A program made the translations under genes and the position numbers. The notes beneath the pieces were generated by a model. The model did no database searches. It had not been told where the DNA came from and saw only the letters and a list, made by a program, of their open reading frames with translations. Shown here piece by piece: positions 17,701 to 29,700 of a stretch of 33,901 nt of DNA. Position 1 is the first letter of the stretch; each line of letters opens with the position of its first letter. Source of the stretch: a virus (Duplodnaviria > Caudoviricetes); IMG/VR virus record IMGVR_UViG_3300028129_000033, positions 1-33,901 of that record, one strand, 5' to 3'.

Positions 17701-20700
17701 TTTTGCAGGAGTACTATTATCAGTCTGTGAGCCTTCAATTATAACAGTAGGCGCACTTGTATATCCGCTACCGGGTTCAGTAACTTTAATATGTGTTATT
17801 TTTCCGTAGCCAAGATATGCTTTTGCTTCAGCACCTGTTCCGCCACCGCCTTGTATTTTAACAATTGGTTCAAATGTCCAGCCACTGCCTCCGTCACCAA
17901 TTTTAATTTCAACAATTTGTTGTCCAATATTATTCTTCCAATTTTGACGTGGATTAATATCTGTATCAAGATTTTGTTCAACGATAACACCATCTTGTAT
18001 TCTTGCAACACTTGATTCAATACGCTTTGTTTCAGTGCTATATGCCGGACTTAAATCAAAATCTGTTGTTAACGAACTAGTATTATCAAGTACATCGTAA
18101 TTACTTACAAATTCTCTTAGTTTAGTTTTATATGGTTTAAATTCTTCTACAAAATCTTGATAACTTTGTAAGTTATCGTTGTTAAACGTTATGTCATTTT
18201 GATTAAGTGTTCCTTTAATATGTTTGGCTTTTACAAAACTAGTTTTAAACAACCAATCTGCATTAGATTGTTCAGCCAATACATATCTTATTGTTGACAT
18301 AAACAACTGGTTATATTCAACTTTTAAGCTACCTATAAAAATATTATCTCTAATAGCTTCTAAAATATTTCTTATTTCTGTAGAGGGATTAATATCATAA
18401 AAAGTATTATCAAATCGTCTATTGTCAAATCCAACAGAGTTTAGATTATAGTTATACAAGTTTTCTTTAAACTGTATTGTACCGTTTTGTCTACCTATAG
18501 TTTCATAATTAACCGTATAGTCTTCTGTATCTTCATCGGCAACTTTTCTTAATAATAACCAACCGCCTGATCCAACATTATTAATTTTAACAACATCATT
18601 AATGTTTACTTCTAATGGAAATAGTTGATACGATCCTTCAATGCTAGTTGTAATTGGAGTAAATTGATTAAATCCGTCTGCATACCAGTCAATATACTCC
18701 CAGTAAGCTGTTGTATCATAACTTTGTAGGGCTTTTCTATACCATGTATTAGTTGTGTTATTAAAAGAATACAGAGCCCATTTGCCATTAATTTCAATAT
18801 CTGAAGTTACTAGTACAGTAAATGGTCTAACATTAATTGTTGTTTGATCATTATATTCAGATCCATCATCAATTACTTGTGCTTCAGTAACTTGCCCTAA
18901 ATTATTAATTGTAACGTCAATAATTGCATCTTTGCCTGTGCCGTTAATTACAACTTTTGGTGCAGACTTATATCCACGACCCGGATTATCTATTCTAACT
19001 CTTGCAAGTCTACCGTTAACAATAATCGGTGTTAATTGTGCATTAAGTATTTTGTTAGTACTAATATACTCTAATTCATCTATGCTATCAACACTTAGAT
19101 CCCATAGCTGTGAAACAGATGTAGGTATGTCATCTTTCTTTAACAAGTTTGTTAGATTATATTCGTCAGTAATTAAGTTTTGTTTTAACACTAAATTAAT
19201 TCGTTCAATAGTTTGTTTTAATGCTTCTATTCTATTAACAAACATACTCTGACGCGGTCTTGATTGTATACCGTATCGCATACTTAATGGAATATTAGGA
19301 TCTGGTATTGCTCTTTCTGCTATATCAAAACCAATCAAACTATCAAACCACTTACGTTCTAAATCTTGCTCTGGAACACTATCAGGTGAGCCGTCAGCAA
19401 ACAACTTATATTGATTATGATAGTTTTGGGTAGGTTTATCAGTAGTATGATATTTAATTTGAAGTACACTATCAGTACCGTTGATTAAATCATCACAATT
19501 ATTAAGAACAAATTTATCTTTTCCTAAGAAACTTATAAATTTATATCCATTGGTTCTAGGATTAGCAATTAACTCGGCAATACCAATAGTATTAATATTT
19601 CTGCCATTTGGAACAGTTCTTTTGTTAGTAACCCAGAAATAATATAATCTGCCAAATGTTTTACTTGTTTCGTCATATACAATTTTTGTTGAATACCTAG
19701 TGTTACCATATAACGAAGTACCACTTACACCATTAGTGTATCCTTCTGGAGTACCAGATAACTGGTCCCAAGTGTCTGGCAAATATACTGATTCAACCCA
19801 TTCACAAATAAGTATTGTTGCACCGGGCGTTAGTTTATTCCAGTTATTTTTTTGAAAAGTAGTTGTACCTTGATAAGGATTAACAAATTTAGCTTTACTT
19901 AAATCCCACCAAACTTTTCCAATGTGTTTGTTTGTCCAACCTAAATCTGCATCAACAAGTGGATCGCTTGTTAATCCTGTATTATATAATGCAGGATCTG
20001 TAGGTAATTTATATGAAATTTCTTGATCTGCTGGTCCAGCAATTTTACCTTGTATAGGATCAATATAGTCTATATAAGAAATAATTCTATTTGAACGCTT
20101 ATTATATATAAATGCTCCTGCAAATTGTTTAACATTTGTCGGCGTACTACCTTGACTTATTACATTCCAAGATTTTGTATTAGGAGGTTTTCTATAATCA
20201 ATTAATATTCCTCGATGATCACGTCCGTCAACATATTGCTGAGGAACGCCAATATATGCATGATTGCCTACTGAATATACATTTTCTCCGAACATAGTTT
20301 GAGTTAGTGGATATACAAATTGTTCACCATATACTAATGTGTTGTTAATATTTTCGTAAACATAAACTATACCTTTATCCAGTTTTGTATTTCTAAAACT
20401 AGTAAAGTTTTTATCAAATGTAGTTGGAACATTATTTGTTATATCAAACGAAGTTGGGATTTTTTGATCGCCATTTAGACTTGAAATAAGTAAATCGTCT
20501 TGTCCAAAATCTATACTAAATCCAAACTTTTCACTTTCCTCGTTACTAGGCGGAGTAAGTGTTTGTGTCATCTCAAATACGCCAGCATTGTTTTGTGTCC
20601 AAATATAAACTTCACCTTGGTTAGTTTTAGCATTATCATTTAACGGAGAGCCAATTGCTAGTTGGGTTCCGTCTGGACTTAACGACACAGCTTTTGCCCA

Positions 20701-23700
20701 AGCTTCATCATTAAACACAATTCCGTTATTTTCAATGTTTGTATTTGGTGCTGAAATAACTTGTGAAACTACATACTTGTTATCAACTTCTCTATAAACA
20801 ACTATTCTAGCATTTGTAGTACTATCTTGTCCATTTACTTTTGCTGTTACTACTAATACATTTGAATCGTCACTTACGTCAAAGTTTTCACTAAATTCTA
20901 ATAATTCTTCTTGTGGATTAAATGTTTCTTCGCCATAAAAATTGTTTGCTGTAATATTTGGCAGATAGCCCAAGTAATCAATTTTAGTACTTACTAATAT
21001 CCAAGAGTTATTTGTATCTGAAGGATTATTTGCTCCAATATCAATATTAGTTACTGCTTTCCACAAATTACTATTATAGGAAACAACATTACCTGTTCTG
21101 TAAGAATCTGTATTATCAAATTCTCCCATGAACTCAGTATCTTTTCCGTAGCGCCAGCTAATTTTGTTCCAGTATATAGAATTTAATACATCATTCATTG
21201 TTTCTGGTACATCTTTTATTGCAATATAAAAGTCATCTTTATAAAGGATAATATCACCTTTACTATATACTTGCCTTCTATAAACTCCGGCAAATGACTC
21301 TTGCGGTGACACACCGTGTCTAAATATTTCAATTGACCCGGGATTGCCGCTTTGACTTTTACTGCCTACTAACAACGTATAATAATTGCCTGATTGGACT
21401 AGTCTGACTTTGTTACCAAATTGTTTATTGTTTTTTCTATGTTCAGATACGAATAGATTTTGAAATCTATATCCTCCGTTATTTAATCTTCTATAAATTG
21501 CAACAGCGCCTTCGTTTGTTAAACTGTTAGTAGTTCCTTGATCCAGCGCAGGAATATTATAAACTTGTGTATAATCCTTGTTTAAGCTATAAGGAGAATT
21601 TGCTGCTCGTTCAATTCCTGATTCAAATATTTCAGTAAAAAATGCATATTCTTCATCAATAATTTCAGGATTTTCAACTATATCAAAATTACTAGTATGT
21701 TCAAATACTAGTAATTTTCCAACTAAACTAGTTTGTAATACAATATTATTGTTTGTATCATCTATTGTAGCAATAACGCGATCTGAATCTGTTTGTCCTC
21801 GAAGAAGTGTATTTGCTTTTCTTCTAATATCATATTTGCCAATGTTAGACTGTTCAACAAAATCTCCAGTTAACACTTTTACATATACTCGGACGTTGTT
21901 AAAGTTACGTTGTACAAAAACAACTTGTGCAGTACTTGTACTAATAGTTGTTAAAGCCAATCCGCCTTGGCCGTCTGCAGGCACTTGTACATCTTCAATT
22001 ACATCACCAACTTGCGGTTGGAAGGCAAACCCATTAAAATCAAATTCACTAAGGGCCATGTCAATATAACCGTCCCATATATCAATAATAGTATGCTGTT
22101 TATTTAAAATATCGTAAGATAGTCCTGCGCCTTCAACGTCAATTACCCTATTGTCAAGTTGATATAGATCAAAATTAGGTGTTGCTCCAATACTAAGACT
22201 ATCGGAATATTGTTTACCAACTCTTACTACCCATTTGTTACTAGGCTGATCTGCTTCAACACCGTCTTGTGCATCTGCCGGTGACGGATCTCCTCTATAT
22301 GATAAGTGACTTAGAAAACTTACTCTATTTTTATTTGTTACATATACACCAATATCGCCCACTGTAGCTTGTACATTATAATATAAATTAGTGTCACGTA
22401 CAGAATTTTGTTTCTTAATATCAGCATACACTAATCCTCTACCTACATCGTAATACCGAGAATTATTGTTATATGGCGGAGTTGCAATTTTCCAATAGCC
22501 TGCAACTGATGATGATATAGAATATGTATCTTCTTCAGTATAAAATCCTACAAAGTCTGTATCATTAATGTATAATTCGCCACCAATATCAAAAATACCA
22601 TTTGAATTTTTAAGGTATATTACTGCACTGTCGGATTTAAATGCAACGTAATCTACTTCAGCACTACCTGTATCTGTAGTTATTCTTTGTCCAACTGCGG
22701 GCAATGTCACAAATGTATCAACATACATAATATGATCAATTTTTTCTAAAATAGCATGTTCTGCTGTAATAAATCCTATACTAAGTTCTGGTATTTCTCC
22801 GTCAAACGGGATATAATTATCTGTTGTAGGGTATGTGAAGCTACGTTGATTCCAAAATAGATTAATATTATCACCAATTGCAGTACCTAAGTACATGTCT
22901 TTTGGAGCACGTATTAACATATGATCTGTATTAGGATAATTTGGTAATCCGGGATTACCTGCAACTAGTAAATTTAGTGTAGTACTGTCAGCATCAGCAG
23001 CATTTGCTAAATTAGTGTAAGAATCAAATGTTGAAAACGGTTGAGCGCCAATTTGTGGTAAAATTTCTCTATTAGCTTTCCATAAACTTTCTCGGTAACG
23101 TACTATATCTCCTTTAACGTATGTAGCATCTGTTTGATAATCAAATGTTAATTCTCCATCTCCATTAGTTTTATATGCTAACTTAGTTTTAACATTACTG
23201 GCTTTTGGAATACCAACTGCCAAGTATTCTCCGTCTGGTGAAACATCAATACTTTTACCAAAGTCGCTATTAGTTGGTGTGAACATTTGCGTTTCGTCAA
23301 TAGTTATTTTTTGTGCAAAATTTAAATTTGCTACATCTCTTGATCTTTTATAAACAGATATTTCTCCGTTGCCGGCACCTGGTGCTGAGATAAACAAATT
23401 ATTATTATTTTTAGTTACAGCAATACTATCAGTAAATCCTTGATCAGTACTATCATAGTCTGCAGGATTTTCTAAAGTTTCTTGCATACTATAAACTGGA
23501 TTATTTTGTAGTACTGCCCAATCATCTTGGTACTTGTCAACCCACACTTTTTGATTTTTAACTATATCTTGTCCAATTTTTTCGCTAATCTCTGGAACTG
23601 AAGCAACCCTGCTGTTACTAAGATTAACTATAAGATAAGGGCCTTCTCCAGAAAATGCTGTAATATCGTTGTTAAGTGGGGTTTCGACTACAATTTTGTT

Positions 23701-26700
23701 AAAGCTTCTTTCTCTAATTCTGTATAATCCCAGTAACCCATGCTCACCGGCAGCCTTAAATCCAATATAATTATCTACCTCGTAAATATCGTCTATCCAT
23801 TTATCAGTAGTAACTTCTAAAAATGTAAAATTAGCTGCTGGTGTCTTATTAGTAATCGTAATTACTTTACTTAACTCTGTTATATGTACGTTCTTTGATC
23901 TTAGTTGCGCAACTCCCCAGGAGTTATTAACTGTGTTTGTAACCCATATTGTTTGACCTAATCCAATTTGATTTATATTTACATTGTATAGTGTAGTAAC
24001 ATCTCCTGCAACAAAATCAACATCTTCTTCGCTTACATAACCAGCTGTTTTAACAAATTCTTCACTTAATACTTTAATTGGAAATGGTTCGCTTGCATAA
24101 TCTACAGGTTTACTATACACTTCGTTTGGCAATATCCTATATATATTGTTTAGGTTACTGCTAGGCAATGTGTTAACAAGCTCAAATGCCTGTGGAGATT
24201 CTTGCATTTTTTTATCATCAAGTTGGAATTCAATTTGTTGAATATCTTCAATAGCGCCAAATCTACCAGACTGTATTGCCCATTCTTCGTACAATTCTAA
24301 TGTATCTGTTGTATTACCCAATGCACTAAACAGTTTAGTAAACACGTTCATTGTGCCTTTGTCTGCTATTGCACCTCTATAAAATTTATACTGACTTACA
24401 TCGTCATTAATAATATTAGCAAGATATTGTCGTTTTTGAAAACCAATTAAATGCTGAGCCATTCGTTGTTGTTCGCTATCAAAATTATCAGTATCTAAAT
24501 CATAAAAATCTGCAAATTGGTTGATTTTATAATCAAAGTTTGGTACTAATTCTGACTCTGGTTTTTCATTTAATTTATACCAAAAGTTAGAATTAAATGT
24601 TTCAGTACCAATAACATTTCGTAGTGCTACGTAGTAGTACTGTTTATATTTTACAAGATCTCCAATTCTATAATCTTTCCATTGTACCCAGTCGCCATAA
24701 GTTGCATCATCATAAACAAATCCAGGAATGTTTAATCCGCCGTTCCAGTTATCTGATCTATATCCGTTAACACGGATTCTTTCTTGTCTATAACCAGTAC
24801 TTGGATTATATATTAAATCGTTGAATATTGTTTTATTATCAAGTAATACAACATGTTCTTTTTGTATTACTGGCAATGACGCATGATATAACCCGTCATC
24901 AGTACCTTGTATTGAAATACCAAATGAGTTTTTGTCTCTTATTAAACTACTAAAGGACGAGTCCAAAAAGTCTCCAGATGCTTTGAGTAAACTATACCCA
25001 TAAAACTCATCTGTTAGACTATCAATTATGCCATAATCTAGTTTAGCTCGCAACTGATTAGCTGATGGACTTATTGCCAGTAATGCGCCAGGAGCCCAAC
25101 CCTGTGTAGTCCAATACATAAACTCTTTAGCTGACTGCCTCCAATCTTCAACAACATTAGCTTCTTTGTCAAATTTATTAAATTCAAATCCTAAATCTGT
25201 TTGTCTTTGTGCGTATCCTAATATAAAGTCAACAGTTTCTTGTACTGTATTAAATCTTGCTCCGTATTGTAATATTGAAACTTCTGTTGCAAAATTCTTT
25301 TTAAATTTTGCTGTTCTGCCGCCGGTAGTTGGTAATTTTGGAAGTTTTACTGTGTTATTATCAAATAGTTTTTGGCCTTCTTCACCGGCAGTAGACTTAA
25401 AATCATTTGTAACCTTAAAGAAACTATTAGTAGCAGATATTATCTCGCCAGTGTAATATTGGGTGTTGTTAGCATACAACGAAGCCTTTTCGCTTTTTCC
25501 GCCTACAGTAACTTCTATAAAGGCAGCGCCATTAATTGTTTTGTAATATTCAAAATAAGGTTGTTGCAAACTATATCCACTGAGTACATACCCGTTTGTA
25601 ACTTTTTCTACTAATATACCACTGTATGTTAACAATGTCTTTGGACTACTAGTATTCAAAAATACTTTGTAATTTTCCTGTGGCACAAATATGCCGTCAC
25701 GGGAAAGAGATTGTGTTGGAGATCTGCTGTCTAAAATTAAATTAAAGTTTTCTTTGCTCGTAAATCCTGAAATTTTGATACCAATTTGATTTGTTAAATT
25801 TTTCAAATTAGTTTTATAGTCATTGTAAACTGTTAACACATCACTAGCAACTAAATTGTAAATGTAGTTTACAAATCCAGATGTCATAACTCGTGTAGTG
25901 GAACTAGTAGTATTAGGTAATACAAGATCTTTTAAAACTATCTGTTTGTTAGTTTCTGTATATGTCCATTGCCCGCTTAAATTTGTTTTTATTCTCGATA
26001 CATCAAACCCAAGACCCATGGTTTTGGCTGGCTGGTTTACTAACATTGCTATCATAACAGCAAAGGGATATTCTGAACTATTGCGCCATGCATTTTCGAT
26101 AGGTGCAAAATCACCAAATTTAAAATTTCTTGTTGCACGATTTAATATAAAATCATTTGCGTATCCTGATGCTAATGGAGATACTAATTTTCCTTGTGAA
26201 TCAACTGGCAAATGTGTAGTTATGCCTGGCCTAGCATAATTTAGATCAAATGTAACATTAGAAGGATCTGCAATTTTTCCTTCTTCAATATTTTTCCAAA
26301 GTACTAAATTATCACTAGTATACGGAGAAGGTCCATACACTGTGTTCCACCAAGTTGGCTTTAATCTAAATCCCTGTATTTCCCAAGGATGACTATGCGG
26401 ACGATCTGTATCATATGCATGTTGATAAACCCCTCTCCAAAATCCGGGATTTATATTTCCGTTTGGAGATAGTGTATCTGCATAATTAAAAGTCCAATCG
26501 TTATTCCTATTATAAAACGTGTTATTAGTATAATTTTGATTATTTAGATTTGATTGTATCCATTGTTGAAAATCTGGTAGTAATGTTTTATCTATTTCTT
26601 GTTTTGTAAAATCAGTCGTTTTGAATTCGCCGCCAATAAACTGATCTATATCTAGTCTTGAATTAGAATAGTCAACTTTAATATTGTTGAAAATGCGTTT

Positions 26701-29700
26701 TTCTAATTCGATTAATAAATTATCTCTAAAATCTTTATATGCCTTTATACGACTACCATCGTGCCCTATAATAAATGCAACTCCGTAATAGTATTCAGTT
26801 ACTTCAACATCGTCATTGCCAGCTATTACTGCTGTATCATTTGTATTAGGAATATAAAATAATTTATTCAATCCTTCAAATGTTATAGTCTTAGCAGTAG
26901 AATCTGTAGATGCTTCTTTTGCAGCCGCCCTAGACGTATATAACGGATATGTCCAACCTACAAGTCCTTGATCAATGCCTAAAATAGACTTAGTACTAGT
27001 TTCAATTTGTCCATAAACTTTAAATGGTCCGGTAGAATCATCAACAGGTACTGTGGGCTGTACAGTATCATCAATTGTTAACATTGGATTATACTTAGGA
27101 TATAAACCTAACTTAGTAGGTGTTGGTGAAATAAATGACCCATCAGATGACTCATATTCATAAATTTCAATAATATCATTTTCTAACTGTCCTGCATCAA
27201 TAGTTATGTAGCCAGCATTATCAAAGTTATAATCTTTGTTATATGTTATTTGAGTACCATTAAGATAAACTAATAAACCTTTTGGGGTTAAATCTTTTAG
27301 TGTAAAAGTTTCAGTTAACGGGTAGTCTAGTGTTCTACGATCTAATACCGCATATTCAATCCTGTTAAAAGAACCATAAGGTATCATATCAGAGAAATAA
27401 AACGGTTGTGATTTTATTTTATCTTTGTTTAATTCAGCTAATATTAAATCTACATGAGTTTTTGTTGCTCCGTCATAGCCTAAATTTGTAGCAGTATCGA
27501 TAAAGGTTCTTTTAAAACGTGCATATTCATTTTTAGCATATTTCAATGCTTTGATAATATTATATTCTTTGTTTGTTATATGATATAAAGGAAGATTAAT
27601 TGGGCCACTATGCTTCACAAAGCGTTTGCCGAATTGATCCAAATCTCCAAGGTCACGTAGATTATTTGCACCTAAGAACTTACCAGTAAAGTTTGGTAAA
27701 TCTTCTAACATACTATCTACATGATCAATTACTTCGCCTAAAGTAAATTGCACAATGTCATCATTTAATGGATTGCGTTCCAAGTTGTAGGGAAATTCAT
27801 AATATCCGTTTTGATTTTTTATTGTTTTAGTATCAGTTTTTACCTTAATAACATCGCCTACATTTAAATCGTTAACGAATTGTATTTGTACAACAGGATC
27901 TGTTTTATTGATATTATAATCTGTAGTTAATAATTGTATTTTATTGTTTACAAATACTACTACTTTTAAATCAGTAATTTTAAATGGATTGTCATATACA
28001 TCAATATTAAAATTATTTTTTTGTGTATCAGTTGCTGCATATTCTCTAACAACAAATTGTTTTGATTTTTGCGGAGTATTACTAAAACCGTTGGCATAAC
28101 TAAAAGTTGTTAAATTTTTATACTTCTTTAAATACCCAGAGCTGATTGCACTAGTTTGCACTGTGTTTTCTACTTCGTATTCGAATGTATCACTTAATAA
28201 ATTAAAACTAAACAATATATCGCCGGAATTGTCAATATTTCTATAAGATAATGGAAATCCTAATTCAGTATCAGATGTTCCTTCACCTTCTAAGTATGAA
28301 AATAGTTTAGTTCCTTGAAAATTTGTTTGCGGATAATATGTTGTAGACGAAAAACTATTACCATTAGCATCGCATACTTCAAAAAGTGGCTGCTGGTTTG
28401 TTTTTGTTTTTCCTTGTGCCTTTACCCATGTATTATTGTGATAGTGATAGCTTTTACCTGCATTTACTTGACCTTGTGTAATTAAAATAGTTTCAAGATC
28501 TAACGGTGTAGTATCTGCTGTTTCAATTAACGAAATCTGTCTATCGTTTCCAATTCTAACAAATTTTACTTGAAATATTTTTCCATTAACAAGCACATCT
28601 GTATCAGCAGTAAATAAAATTCTCATTCCGTCAGCTAAATCAACGCCGTCTATATTGTATCCAAGTTGACCTTCTATCATACTAAATGCATCTGTAGTAT
28701 ACGTATCAATTAAATCTACATCTTGTTTAGCATATGCACCAAAATTGTTTAATTTTAGTCCGGCTTCAAATTCAATAATAGGACGAGAGGCTCTTTTAGA
28801 TTCATCTAAATTTTCTGCTAACTTGTTAAAACTAAAACTTTTTAAAATTACATCTCTATGATGCCAACAATTATATCTGCTCCATGCATTTCTATCTGGA
28901 CTAGCTCTATTAATGACAATATAATCTTTTTGTGAAGCATAATTGCCTGCATTTGAAAAAGGTAAACTATCAAATTTTTCAGAGTCAAAAGGAACAACTT
29001 TGTTTTCACTATAAACAGCCGGAATAATTAAGTCTTGATCTTTAACTAATTTAATTTTGTCGCCAACACCTTCTACATACCAATTATTTTCTTTGTATAC
29101 ACTATTATCAGTGTCACCTTGAAATCTAATTTGCATTCCATTTGATAACTCAACACCGTTAGCACTTTTATAGTATTTTTTACCGAGAATTTCATCAGTA
29201 ACATTTAAAAAGCTATTTTCTTCGATATCATAAATTTTAATTAATCCACTAGTATCGATTTCATTTTTACTAATATAATATAATCTTTCAGGAGAATTTG
29301 CAGGAATAGTAAACTCTATAGTTCCTTTTTCAATATAAGCAACTGCTACTTCTTCGCCTTCTTCGCCTAACTTACGAATCCCATCTGGGTATAATGTTGA
29401 AACATTATCATCATCTTCAAACGTTACAGATCCGCTGCTTGGTAATACTAAAAAATCACCTTGGTCGTATTCATTACCGTATAATGCAGCATCAAATAAA
29501 CCTTCGTTTCTAATACCTTCTGTACCAGCTGTTAATATTGAGCTACCAGGAGTAAATGTTCTTGAGATCGAAAATGCAATAGGGTGTCCAGGAGTATCAA
29601 TTTCAAAACGATATGTTTGTCCTCGATATAATTTAAGTGTTGGATTTCTTGTTAATCCGTCATTAAATACATAAGCGACATTATCGCCTTGATCTTCGGT

